NCBI GenBank assembly: GCA_014190575.1
Contig: BJGQ01000015.1
Span: 9-64,008, forward strand
DNA length: 64,000 bases
Source: Bacteroidota bacterium
GTDB taxonomy: Bacteria; Bacteroidota; Bacteroidia; Chitinophagales; UBA10324
Direction: 5' to 3'
Shown piece after piece: positions 9,948 through 20,259 of the stretch (its first letter is position 1; every line of letters starts with the position of its first letter). The notes under the pieces were generated by a model, which made no database searches, was not told the DNA's origin, and saw only the letters and a program-made list of their open reading frames with translations. The translations under genes were made by a program, and so were the position numbers.

Positions 9948-11884
9948 TGAAGAATTTTCAAATCATTTTAACTTTTACTTTTTCGCTTTTCATATTTATT
10001 GTCACACTGAGTTCATCGAAGTGCGATGCACAGAATTATCACAACCTTAACACAGCCACAAAAAAAGCACTGAAGTATTATGCTGATGGAAAAGATTTAT
10101 TGAATGCGCAAAAAGATGCAGAAGCCATAAAGCCATTTGAACAAGCAGTTACAGAGGATCCGGTTTTTATTGATGCGTGGTTAATGCTCGGCGAATTGTA
10201 TAATGAGAATCAGGAATATGAAAAGGGAAAAAAAGCATTTGAAACTTCGTTTTCTCTAAAGCCTGATGCCCGTTCAAGTGCATACTATTTTGTGGCAGAG
10301 AGTTATTGGAACCTGAATGATTATGAAAATACGATTAAAGCATTGAAAAAATATTTAGCCTTTCAAAACCTTCCGCCTGAATGGATTGAAAGTTCAAAAC
10401 ATATTTTAATGAATGCAATATTTGCAAAGGAAGCTATGAAACACCCAGTTCCGTTTAATCCAATTCATTTGAGTGATAGTGTGAATACAAAATACCAGGA
10501 AGCATTTCCTACTTTAACTGCTGATGAAAATACATTGGTGTTCATGCGCCGCGATCCTGCAGGTAAAGATTGGAATGAAGATTTTTATATCTCGCATTTT
10601 AACAAAGATCATTGGACCAATGCAAGAAATATGGGTGATGCATTAAATTCCATTTATCAGGATGGTGCCATGTCATTAACCAATCTTGGAAACGAAATGT
10701 ATTTCGCCTCAGATCGAAAAGGTGGTTTCGGTACGCAGGATATTTATTATTCGCAAAAGAAAAATAATCAATGGACTTATCCTGAAAATCTTGGGGCCAC
10801 TATTAATTCTGTTTCGTGGGAATCGCAGCCAAGTATTTCTGCTGATGGAAAAACTTTATATTTTGTAAGTAGCAGATCTGGTGGATATGGCGGCAGTGAT
10901 ATTTATATGTCAGTGAAAGATGCAAAGGGATTATGGCCAAAACCCGTAAATCTTGGACCAACAATTAATACAAAGTTTGAAGATCAATCTCCGTTTATTC
11001 ACTCGGATGGACAAACACTTTATTTCTCCAGTAAAGGTCATCCTGGAATGGGCGGCGCTGATATTTTTTATAGTCGATTAGATTCAGTAGGAAACTGGGG
11101 TGAACCCATCAACATGGGTTATCCAATTAATACAAAAAATGATGAACTCAGTTTCACTGTAAGTTTGGATGGAAAAAAAGTTTTCTACAGTAGCGAAAAA
11201 GTAAAAGGCGATTTGGATTTATATGCTTTCGATATGCCTGAAAGCGCGAAGCCAAAACCTGTAACCTATCTGAAAGGAATTATTTCAAATGTAACAACCA
11301 ATGAATTTTTGGAAGCCAGTGTTCAGTTGATTGATTTAGAAAGCGGAAACATTATTAATAGTTTTTCTTCAGTTGCAACAACCGGTGAATATTTAATTTC
11401 AATTCCTTCCGGAAAAAATTATGCGTTTAATGTTTCGAAAAAGGGATTTCTGTTTCACTCCGAAAATTTTTCGTTGGCTGATCACAATCCAACCGAACCG
11501 TATCAATTAAATATTCAATTGCAACCCGTGAAAACAGGAGAGAGTGTAGTGCTGAAAAATATTTTCTTCGAAACAAACTCATTTGAATTGAAAAAAGAAT
11601 CAACAGTTGAGTTAGATAAATTGGTGCAGTTGTTAAAAGAAAATGCTGCAATGAAAATTGAGATTGGCGGCCATACCGATAATGTTGGCAGTGATGAATC
11701 GAATCAAAAGTTATCAGAAAATCGAGCAAAGGCAGTTAACGATTATTTAGTACAAGCAGGAATAGTAGCAACTCGATTGACCTATAAAGGTTATGGAAAA
11801 ACAAAACCAATTGCAACGAATGATACCGAAGATGGTCGATCTCGAAACCGCCGCACAGAATTCACTGTAACTTCCATGCAATAA
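9947..11884 (+). CDS. PorE-like TPR-PD40-carboxypeptidase-regulatory-OmpA protein
   Basis: signal peptide, TPRs, PD40 repeats (P.ISADGKTLYF.S), OmpA C-domain (GHTDNVG...LSENRA...NRRTEF). Confidence 0.88.
   Translation: MKNFQIILTFTFSLFIFIVTLSSSKCDAQNYHNLNTATKKALKYYADGKDLLNAQKDAEAIKPFEQAVTEDPVFIDAWLMLGELYNENQEYEKGKKAFETSFSLKPDARSSAYYFVAESYWNLNDYENTIKALKKYLAFQNLPPEWIESSKHILMNAIFAKEAMKHPVPFNPIHLSDSVNTKYQEAFPTLTADENTLVFMRRDPAGKDWNEDFYISHFNKDHWTNARNMGDALNSIYQDGAMSLTNLGNEMYFASDRKGGFGTQDIYYSQKKNNQWTYPENLGATINSVSWESQPSISADGKTLYFVSSRSGGYGGSDIYMSVKDAKGLWPKPVNLGPTINTKFEDQSPFIHSDGQTLYFSSKGHPGMGGADIFYSRLDSVGNWGEPINMGYPINTKNDELSFTVSLDGKKVFYSSEKVKGDLDLYAFDMPESAKPKPVTYLKGIISNVTTNEFLEASVQLIDLESGNIINSFSSVATTGEYLISIPSGKNYAFNVSKKGFLFHSENFSLADHNPTEPYQLNIQLQPVKTGESVVLKNIFFETNSFELKKESTVELDKLVQLLKENAAMKIEIGGHTDNVGSDESNQKLSENRAKAVNDYLVQAGIVATRLTYKGYGKTKPIATNDTEDGRSRNRRTEFTVTSMQ
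9999..10023 (+). repeat. short palindromic GTCA-type REP-like element inside coding sequence
   Basis: TTGTCACACTGAGTTCATCGAAGTG; same architecture as the element at 51195-51220. Confidence 0.55.
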
Positions 11885-11925
11885 CTTTTGGCATTATTTT
11901 CGGCAACTGGAATAAAAAATAAACC

Positions 11926-12684
11926 ATGAAAAAAATAGTTTACTCCTTCATTTTGATTTTGATTTCAACAAATCTTTTCGCACAAAAAATTTTAACCGGT
12001 GAAAAAAGATTAAAGGCTATCAGCGCCCAACCGGTTGTGTATTTAGATGATACCATTTACAGCAAGGCAAAACCTTATTGCCTGATGAAACAAATAAAGG
12101 TGAATGAATATCACCCGGATTGCAGTGTAAAAAACATGAGGGGTGAAGAATTAATTTATATTAAGTGGGACACCAAATCAAGTTTAATGGGAGCTTATGT
12201 TTTAACTTTTAAAAAAGATGGCAAGAGTGTTAAATTATCAATCACTGATGAAGAAAAACTTCCTGACTTGATTGTCAATAATGATTTATTCGTAAACAAT
12301 GATGTGCCGGATGATCGCGAAAAAAATTATATCAGTAATAATGGAGGTGGAAATACTACGACCCCAACATCAGAAACTAAAACAACCAGCAAAAGCAATT
12401 CTGAAATTTATGTGGCTGATAAATTAATTACTCAGGACTTAATGAAAATTGGTGAATGGAAATTGGTGAATTCCTACTATGAGAATAAGGTATTGTGGTA
12501 TGAAACAGAATGGTACAATAAAGCGGGAACAAAAGTGGCGCAGGCAAAATTTAAAAAAGATGATGCCGACCAAGCCATGGTGCTCACTTATTCTGATAAT
12601 AAAACAACACAACTTTCAGTCGCCCCTTCCCAAAGTGTAAAAAAAATTGTTGCTACTTATCTTCGTGACAATGGATACCTATAA
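11926..12684 (+). CDS. hypothetical secreted protein
   Basis: 252-aa ORF with signal peptide (LFA-Q) and a GGGNTTTPTS linker between two domains; followed by a terminator. Confidence 0.75.
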   Translation: MKKIVYSFILILISTNLFAQKILTGEKRLKAISAQPVVYLDDTIYSKAKPYCLMKQIKVNEYHPDCSVKNMRGEELIYIKWDTKSSLMGAYVLTFKKDGKSVKLSITDEEKLPDLIVNNDLFVNNDVPDDREKNYISNNGGGNTTTPTSETKTTSKSNSEIYVADKLITQDLMKIGEWKLVNSYYENKVLWYETEWYNKAGTKVAQAKFKKDDADQAMVLTYSDNKTTQLSVAPSQSVKKIVATYLRDNGYL

Positions 12685-12707
12685 ATAAAATTCTTATTGA
12701 AAATCAT

Positions 12708-12740
12708 AAGCCGCTCAAAATAATTTTGGGCGGCTTTTTT
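12708..12740. terminator. intrinsic terminator between convergent genes
   Basis: AAGCCGCTCAAAA-TAA-TTTTGGGCGGCTTTTTT. Confidence 0.85.
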
Positions 12741-12758
12741 GTTTTTAAAATTTTGCTT

Positions 12759-13334
12759 TTAAAAATTTGAATTCTGCAATTCAAAAAATGATTGCGGGTG
12801 CATGCAAAGCGGACAGGTTTCCGGTGCTTTTATTCCTTCGTGCAGGTGACCACAGTTGCGGCACTTCCAGATTAATTTTGCGTTGCGAACAAATACTTTT
12901 CCTTCTTCCAGGTTTGAATATAATTTTTTGAACCGTTCTTCGTGCGCTTTTTCCACTTTTGAAATCAATTTAAATTTTGCAGCAATTTCTTTGAACCCTT
13001 CTTCCTCAGCTGTCTTTGCAAATTCGACATAGAGTTTTGTCCATTCTTCATTTTCTCCATTGGCAGAAGTTTTCAGATTATCGAGTGTATCTTTTATTTC
13101 ACCTGCTGGAAAGCTTGCAGTTATTTCAACAGGACCGCCTTCTAGAAAATTGAAAAATATTTTGGCATGCTCTCGTTCGTTCAAAGAAGTTTCTAAAAAA
13201 ATTTCTGCAATTTGTTACAATCCTTCCTTCTTTGCCTGACTTGCATAAAAATCATATCGCATTCTTGCTTGTGATTCACCAGCAAATGCTTTCAATACAT
13301 TTTTTTCGGTCTTGGTTCCTTTAATGCTATTCAC
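12759..13334 (-). pseudogene. rbr: rubrerythrin with one in-frame TAA (codon 40, 13215-13217)
   Basis: From GTG 13334 the frame reads [56 protein letters not shown]...GENEE...EKAHE...WKCRNCG...CPLCMHP; a full-length rubrerythrin apart from the stop. Confidence 0.85.
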
Positions 13335-13385
13335 GACAACAGTTATTTTAGGATTCAAAATTCTGTATTACTGAATTAAATATTT

Positions 13386-13421
13386 ATGACTCTCATCATT
13401 AAAACAGATGACGGAAATCAA
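13386..13421. promoter_or_regulatory. tandem Crp/Fnr-like boxes upstream of rubrerythrin
   Basis: ATGAC-TCTC-ATCAT (13386-13399) and ATGAC-GGAA-ATCAA (13408-13421), 22 bp apart; resemble TTGAT-N4-ATCAA. Confidence 0.45.
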
Positions 13422-13452
13422 TTGTATTTTAAGTATGTAAATTTTGTAAAGC

Positions 13453-13490
13453 AAAAAAGCCATTTCGAAAAAAATTCGAAATGGCTTTTT
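13453..13490. terminator. intrinsic terminator
   Basis: AAAAAAGCCATTTCGAA-AAAAA-TTCGAAATGGCTTTTT. Confidence 0.85.
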
Positions 13491-13506
13491 ATAGGATAAT
13501 TAATTT

Positions 13507-14421
13507 TTATTCTGAATCAGTTTTGAAACGGAATGCTATTCCGGTATTGGCAAACCATCCATCTAAATTCCGGCGATACACCACATCAGTATTTTGTAAT
13601 TCATTATTTCCGTTATACAATTGATACATTCTTCCTGCGGTGCGGCCACCTTCAGCAAACCAAACAAGGTGTTTTGTGATGTAGCAGTTTACAAATGCCT
13701 TGAATTCATTGTGACCAAAATTTTTATCGCCATCGCGCACATACATATTTCCGGGTTGTGCTGAAAGGCAGTACGAACCAGTGATTGATAAATAGGAAGC
13801 ACCTGCATACAATGATTTTCCTAGTTTGTATTCAATGCTCAGATTGGCCGGAATATCTCCCCAGATATTTAACTTGTCATTTACTTTCCATTCAATTCCC
13901 AGCAACGGCATAAAGAAATCGCCGAAACATTCTTTGTTGTAGTATAAACCGAAATGGTATTTTAATTTTTCACTTCTCTTGTAATTGAACAGTAAAATTC
14001 CACCTAACTGAAAATTGTTTTTATTGAAAGCCAATTGATCTGAATTGAATTTTGGAATAGTTAGCAATAATGTTTTCCATTTATCTTTTTTCCAATGCTT
14101 TTCATAACCGATTGCCAGCGATGTGCTGTACAAACTTCTGTTGGCTGTTTGCAAACCTGTTGAATTAAAATTCAGTTGTGTGTAATCGCCACCGAACAAA
14201 ATCACATCTTTATTTTCCTGAACCATAGGCAACAGAAATGTTCCTTCGTACTGCATCACTGATAATTTGGATTTTGAATCAGCGAGATACGGACTTCCGG
14301 GAAAATATTGGCATTTCACATTCAGCAAATCAGTGAATGGTTGGGCGTAAAGAAAATGGGTCGAGCAGAAAAAAACCGTAACAAAAAAAATCTTTTTTAA
14401 AGCAATCATTTGATGTTTCAT
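13507..14421 (-). CDS. outer-membrane beta-barrel protein (DUF6268-like)
   Basis: signal peptide, alternating beta strands, FGLYYN...MPLLGIEW, C-terminal GIAFRF; start position uncertain. Confidence 0.65.
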   Translation of the reverse strand: MKHQMIALKKIFFVTVFFCSTHFLYAQPFTDLLNVKCQYFPGSPYLADSKSKLSVMQYEGTFLLPMVQENKDVILFGGDYTQLNFNSTGLQTANRSLYSTSLAIGYEKHWKKDKWKTLLLTIPKFNSDQLAFNKNNFQLGGILLFNYKRSEKLKYHFGLYYNKECFGDFFMPLLGIEWKVNDKLNIWGDIPANLSIEYKLGKSLYAGASYLSITGSYCLSAQPGNMYVRDGDKNFGHNEFKAFVNCYITKHLVWFAEGGRTAGRMYQLYNGNNELQNTDVVYRRNLDGWFANTGIAFRFKTDSE

Positions 14422-14580
14422 TAGTTTGAATTTGAATGGTGTTTAAATATTCAAACCCTCCAACGAACTGATTCTAAAAAAGATTTATGATTGATTAAAT
14501 GATGGAAATTTCAAGTTAAACGGATATAATTCCAGTTTATCAAATTGATAACTTGAAATCATAAAGCAAAATATTTGATT

Positions 14581-15651
14581 CTATTCTTTCACAAATTTGC
14601 TGACAAAGGAATTCTGATTGTTAAATATTTTTATAAAATAAATTCCGGAAGGCAACCTTGAAACATCAATTTTATTTTCTTCTTCATTTAAATTCAATAA
14701 ATATTTTCTTGATGATTGAATATCGCTGATGATACAATCGGATTTTTGATTCAATGAAAAATTAAAGGTTAGAATTTCTGAAACAGGATTAGGGTTTGTA
14801 AAAAAATCAATTTGTTTTTCAGAAATGTTATTAATAGAATTTATTGAAGCTTGACAAATGTTTAATACAGCACAAATTGAATCAGAACAAATTGATGTAT
14901 CTGAAATTGAAAGACAAACATTTAAATTTCCGGAACTTTAAAATTGATGAAAGAAAATATTTGTTGAATCACTTGTTCCATCACCAAAATTCCAAAGTGT
15001 ATTTGTGAAAGAACCACTAGAAGAATTTGTGAACAACATAGAATCAGAAGAAACAGGTATTCCTTCAATCGAAAATGAAGCATGGTATTCATTGCTGTCA
15101 ATTAATGAATTGAACGAAACCACATCAATCAAAATTGGAAAATCACTAAAATTTCCATAATAAATCATATTGCCTGTTGCAGATGTATTAGAAACATTTG
15201 AATCAACCTTTATACTCCAAACAAAAGTCCAGGAGTCGTTTCCTGTTATATTAAAATCTCCAAAATCATTTCCGGGATCTCAATCCAGAGTAAATGATAC
15301 AGGATCAAACCGATCATAATAAAAACCTTTTCCAATGAAATTGCAATTATTGCTGAACGAACATGAATCGAAAAAAAACCATGATCCATTTCCATCAATG
15401 CTATTTGCTGGTGTTATACCTGTTAAGGAATTTATATCCCATCCGTTACCATAATTTAAAATTAATCCATCCAAAGTTTTTTTATTCGTATATCCGTTTA
15501 CTGTTAAAGTGAATATTACATTAGTACCTTGAGAAAAAAATCCTGAAGTATCAGCAAGTGGATTTGTAACAAGTGAAATATTTCCAACACCTTGTGCATT
15601 CAAAAAATTAATTGAAAAAAGAAATGCAAGAAGTAAAAGAAAATTTTTCAT
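14581..15651 (-). pseudogene. PKD-domain T9SS type A cargo protein with two in-frame stops (15280-15282 TGA, 14938-14940 TAA)
   Basis: One frame of 357 codons: signal peptide...TLD*DPGNDFGD...FTNSS...WNFGDGTS...HQF*SSGNLNVCLSISD...PNPVSEIL...IDVSRLPSGIYFIKI...KFVKE*. Confidence 0.85.
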
Positions 15652-15675
15652 CAGGATTAATTTGGAGAAAGATAA

Positions 15676-16488
15676 TCAAACAACAGCTCTTCTGATCTTC
15701 AATAATTTTTCAAGCAATGGTTCAATCATTTCAAGCTTCAACATATTGGTTCCATCTGATTTTGCGACAGAAGGATTCGGATGAGTTTCAATAAACAAAC
15801 CATCAACACCAACTGCCACACCGGCTTTCGAAATGGTTTCAATAAATTCAGGTTTGCCACCTGTAACTCCTGATGCATTGTTTGGTTGCTGAACTGAATG
15901 CGTGCAATCAAGCACAACCGGCACATTCAGTTTTTGCATTTCAATTATGTTACGATAGTCAACCACAAGATCAGCATAACCAAAAGAATTTCCTCGCTCG
16001 GTGAGAAAAATATTTTTATTTCCCGACTCGATGCATTTATCAATTGCATGTTTCATAGAAGCGGCTGAAAGAAATTGTCCTTTTTTTATGTTGACTGCCT
16101 TACCGGTTTTCGCAGCAGCAATAATTAAATCTGTTTGACGACAAAGGAATGCAGGTATCTGCAACACATCCACAAACTCGGCAGCCATAGCCGCCTCGTG
16201 TGATTCATGAATATCAGTAACTATTGGTAATTGAAATTGCTCACGAACTTTTCCAAGAATTTTTAAAGCTGTTTCATCACCAATTCCTGTGAAGGAAGAT
16301 GCTGAGGAACGATTGGCTTTCCGATACGATGATTTGAAGATGAACGGAATTTTTAATCGCTCACAAATTTCTTTAAGTTTAGTAGCAGTTTGAAAAATCA
16401 TTTCTTCATTCTCAACTACACATGGACCAGCCATTAAAAAAAAGTTATTGCTCTCAGTATTTTTTAGAAATGGAATTTGTGGAAACAT
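15676..16488 (-). CDS. kdsA: KDO 8-phosphate synthase
   Basis: AGPCVVE, KSSYRKANRSS, QIPAFLCRQTD, KKGQF, ERG, DCTHS, FIETHP.P. Confidence 0.96.
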   Translation of the reverse strand: MFPQIPFLKNTESNNFFLMAGPCVVENEEMIFQTATKLKEICERLKIPFIFKSSYRKANRSSASSFTGIGDETALKILGKVREQFQLPIVTDIHESHEAAMAAEFVDVLQIPAFLCRQTDLIIAAAKTGKAVNIKKGQFLSAASMKHAIDKCIESGNKNIFLTERGNSFGYADLVVDYRNIIEMQKLNVPVVLDCTHSVQQPNNASGVTGGKPEFIETISKAGVAVGVDGLFIETHPNPSVAKSDGTNMLKLEMIEPLLEKLLKIRRAVV

Positions 16489-16529
16489 AAATTGACATCA
16501 AAAATATAAAATCAAAGATTAAAAATAAA

Positions 16530-17207
16530 TCACATTGCAATCGTTTCACCGATTTTCATTAACGAAAGTTCTTTTCCATTTCGTTCAAATTCCTCAATTG
16601 CATTTTCATGATCAATTTTTATAGGAGTGAAAGTATCGTAATGCATTCCAATAATTTTATCGCACTCGATAAATTCCGCGCAGGTTGCAGCATCAAAATA
16701 ATCCATTGTGTAATTGTTGCCAATGGGAAGTAAAGCGAAATCCAGTTTGTATCGCACTCCTATTAATTTCATATCCATTGTTAAAGCAGTATCACCCGCG
16801 AAATAAAAATTTCCTTCTTTCGATTCAACAATAAATCCTCCGGGATTGCCACCAAAAGTTCCATCGGGAAACTGACTGCTGTGAATGGCAACAACATAAG
16901 TCACCTTGCCAAAATCAAATTGCCAACTGCCACCGAAATTCATTCCATGTCCCTTCATCCCTTTTTTTTCGTAGTACGAAACAATCTCGTAGTTCGAAAT
17001 AATTTTTGCATTTGTTCGCTTGGCAATTGCTTCCACATCAGCCAAATGGTCTTGATGCGCATGCGATATCAAAATGTAATCAGAAGGAATTTTTGTATTG
17101 TCAATATTTTTTGCTAATGGGTTTTGGCTGATGAACGGATCGAAAAGTAAATGTTTTCCATTCACTTCCACACCAAAACAAGAATGACCGTAGTAGGTTA
17201 AGTTCAT
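16530..17207 (-). CDS. metal-dependent hydrolase, metallo-beta-lactamase fold (UPF0173-like)
   Basis: YYGHSCF, SHAHQDH, YFAGDT, LPIG..YTM, GMHYDTF. Confidence 0.88.
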   Translation of the reverse strand: MNLTYYGHSCFGVEVNGKHLLFDPFISQNPLAKNIDNTKIPSDYILISHAHQDHLADVEAIAKRTNAKIISNYEIVSYYEKKGMKGHGMNFGGSWQFDFGKVTYVVAIHSSQFPDGTFGGNPGGFIVESKEGNFYFAGDTALTMDMKLIGVRYKLDFALLPIGNNYTMDYFDAATCAEFIECDKIIGMHYDTFTPIKIDHENAIEEFERNGKELSLMKIGETIAM

Positions 17208-17284
17208 GAAGAAATTTTTTTACAAATATAACTATCACTAAAAGCCCTTCTGACTTACTAAAATTATTTATCTGATTTATTATC

Positions 17285-18817
17285 TTAAAAAGAATTGATA
17301 CAATTTAAAACTGTGGGATTAATGTGAATTTTTTTACTCTTCATATATTCAATTTGTTTTAGTGCATTTTGTTTGTCTCTCGAGTCATAATAAGCACTCA
17401 AAAGATTATTATTTGCCAATTGATCTTCAGGACTTAGTTCAATATATTTTTTCAAGTATTTTATTATTTCTTTCAAATCATTTTTTTGAAATGCAAAAAA
17501 CGCCTGACAGAAATAACTTTTTGCTGAGTTTGGTGAATCCTGAATTATTTTGTTATAAAAAGTAGTCTGATCATTAAAATACTGAATATAGGTAAATGTC
17601 ATTAATGAAAATAAAATCAGTAAACCACCAAAGGCTGTTTTTTTTACTGAAGGAAAAAAATGAATAATTGATGGAATGCATTCTCTTACTATAAAGAATA
17701 TCCCGATAAGCGGAATATAAAGGCGGTGTTCAAATAATCCATCAGTAACTTTTTCAGGAACAAAAAAGAAAGGCAGAATAAAAAGTAAAAACCAACCAAC
17801 CCCAAACAAAATCATTTTGGAGTTTCGATTTTTATTAAGAATAATCAGAATAGAAAGTAATAAGATTGAAACAATACCATATAGAAATGTGGTATCTTGA
17901 ATCGTAGGGTAAACAGTGAGATTAAAGGGCAGAAAAATTTTCCCAATGTATTGAATCAATCAGGGCATTTTTCTAGTGATTGATGTAACAGTTTCTAAAG
18001 CAGATTGATCGGTTTGATTAGTATCGAGAATTCTGTTTCGAAGAACAAACCAGCTAATCAACTCTGATGTCCAGATGGAAATGAAAACCATCCATTGCGC
18101 AAGATTAGTTTTACCTCTATTGAAAATTATTAAGTAAAGTACAGATGCAAATGGAATAAAAACAGCCGTCTCTTTTGTAAACAGAGCAAGAATAAAAAAA
18201 AGCACAATCCACAAAATATATTTTCTTTTACCTGATTCGAGAAAACTAAAAAAATTAAGAAAATAAGATAGAAGGAAAATGAAAAGCAGAAGGTCATTCC
18301 TTCCCGGAATCCAGGCAACTGCCATTGTTATAACAGGATGCACAGCGAAAATTGCGCTGCATATAAAAGAAGATTTTTTGCTGAAAGAAATTTTCTGTAA
18401 AAATCTAAACAACAAAAGAAACGCTGATCAAATGCAGAACTAAATTAACAAAGTGTGCATGATGCATAGCATAGACTGTAAATTTTTCCGTAGGAAACAG
18501 AAACAAAATTTGTCTTTCAATTATGAATGTTATCCTCAATATTGGTCGGTAGTAAATATCTTTCGGATGAAATACACCTTCACTGAATACTTTAAAAATG
18601 TTGCTTAGATGTTCATTGTCTGAACTTTTATCAAGCATTAAAATTGTATCATCTAAATAAGTATAACCTAATGAAAGACTTCTTGTGTAAACAACAAATA
18701 TGAGCAACCCTAAAATCACAATTGGATATTTCAGATACCAGGGATCATTTTCATAGAGCAATTTTGCCTGCTTTTTTTTGTTTGATTTAAATTCTCTCTG
18801 GTAAATTCTTTTCGCAT
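17285..18817 (-). pseudogene. TMTC-like GT-C membrane glycosyltransferase with C-terminal TPR, disrupted
   Basis: Fragments join to YTYLDD...YYRP...N.VLH / FAVHP...AVAWIPGRNDLL...ALFTKE / EHRLYIP, TPR. There is a +1 frameshift near 18414-18421, an in-frame TGA at 17960-17962, and a probable further frameshift near the 5' end (ATG 18817 is out of frame). Confidence 0.8.
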
Positions 18818-18959
18818 TTCAATAAAAGGTTAATGAAACAAACATAAATATATCATGTAGTTGATGTGAATGAAAAACTCATTTCATTGCTTTTCAATTG
18901 GCTTAAATCAGAATCAAAAATTTATTAATAACGAATAATCTCAAATTGGAAACAAGGGT

Positions 18960-20225
18960 TCAATAACCGTATTTCTCTTTCCAGTTTCTCCTTAACGATT
19001 CGCGCATTTCATTTTCTCTTGCATTATTTCCGGGGTCAAAAATTTTTGTTCCAGTGATTTGTTCAGGAAGATATTCGAAATTCACAAAATTGCCGGGATG
19101 CGAATGTGCATAGTCATATTCTTTTCCGTAGTTCAATTCCTTCATCAGTTTAGTTGGCGCATTGCGCAAGTGTAACGGTATAGAAAGATCACCTGTTTTT
19201 CTCACTAACGAAAGTGCATCTTCAATTGCCATGTATGCCGCATTGCTTTTCGGAGAACATGCGAGATACACTACAGTTTGCGAAAGAATAATGCGGCACT
19301 CAGGATACCCGATTGAATTCACTGCCTGAAAACAAGAGTTCGCTAACACCAATGCAGTCGGGTTTGCATTGCCAATATCTTCACTAGCCAGAATCAACAT
19401 TCTTCGCGCAATGAACAATGGATCTTCGCCACCTTCAATCATTCTTGCTAAATAATAGACTGCGGCATTCGGGTCGCTGCCGCGTATTGATTTGATGAAT
19501 GCTGAAATAATATCATAATGTTGTTCGCCGCTTTTATCGTATAGCGCCATTTTTTTGTTCAGCGATTTTGTCACTGAATCATTGGTTAAGATAATTTCTT
19601 TTTCATCTGAAGTATTTACTACTAACTCAAAAAGATTCAGCAATTTTCTTGCATCGCCTCCTGAAAACCGAAGCAAAGCTTCATTTTCTTTTATGGTAAT
19701 ATTTTTTCCGTTCAGCCATTCATCTTTCTTCATTGCATAGTCAAGCAATTGCAATAAATCTTTTTTCTCCAATGATTGCAATACAAAAACCTGGCAGCGC
19801 GAAAGCAAGGCGGAGATTACTTCGAACGAAGGATTTTCTGTTGTTGCGCCAATCAATGTAATTATTCCTTTTTCCACCGCACCCAATAAAGAATCCTGTT
19901 GCGATTTGCTGAAGCGATGAATTTCATCAATGAATAAAATAGCTTTTCCTTTTTGTTTCGCCTGCTCAATAACTTCACGAATATCTTTTACACCTGAATT
20001 AATTGCACTTAACGAAAAAAACGGAAGAGCAGTTTGTTCAGCAATCATTTGTGCCAAAGTTGTTTTGCCAACTCCCGGTGGCCCCCAGAAAATCATGGAT
20101 GGAATTACACCTTTTTCAATGAGTGAACGCAATGGTTTTCCTGCGCCGGCAAGATGTTCCTGTCCAACCAATTCATTCCATGTTCGCGGACGAACTCTTT
20201 CGGCTAACGGAATACTTAAATCCAT
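18960..20225 (-). CDS. rarA: replication-associated recombination protein A (MgsA)
   Basis: PLAERVRP, WGPPGVGKTT, FIDEIHRF, GATTENP, SAFIKSIRGSD. Confidence 0.95.
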   Translation of the reverse strand: MDLSIPLAERVRPRTWNELVGQEHLAGAGKPLRSLIEKGVIPSMIFWGPPGVGKTTLAQMIAEQTALPFFSLSAINSGVKDIREVIEQAKQKGKAILFIDEIHRFSKSQQDSLLGAVEKGIITLIGATTENPSFEVISALLSRCQVFVLQSLEKKDLLQLLDYAMKKDEWLNGKNITIKENEALLRFSGGDARKLLNLFELVVNTSDEKEIILTNDSVTKSLNKKMALYDKSGEQHYDIISAFIKSIRGSDPNAAVYYLARMIEGGEDPLFIARRMLILASEDIGNANPTALVLANSCFQAVNSIGYPECRIILSQTVVYLACSPKSNAAYMAIEDALSLVRKTGDLSIPLHLRNAPTKLMKELNYGKEYDYAHSHPGNFVNFEYLPEQITGTKIFDPGNNARENEMRESLRRNWKEKYGY

Positions 20226-20259
20226 AACTGCAAAGTAATTATTTTGTGCACCATTATTT

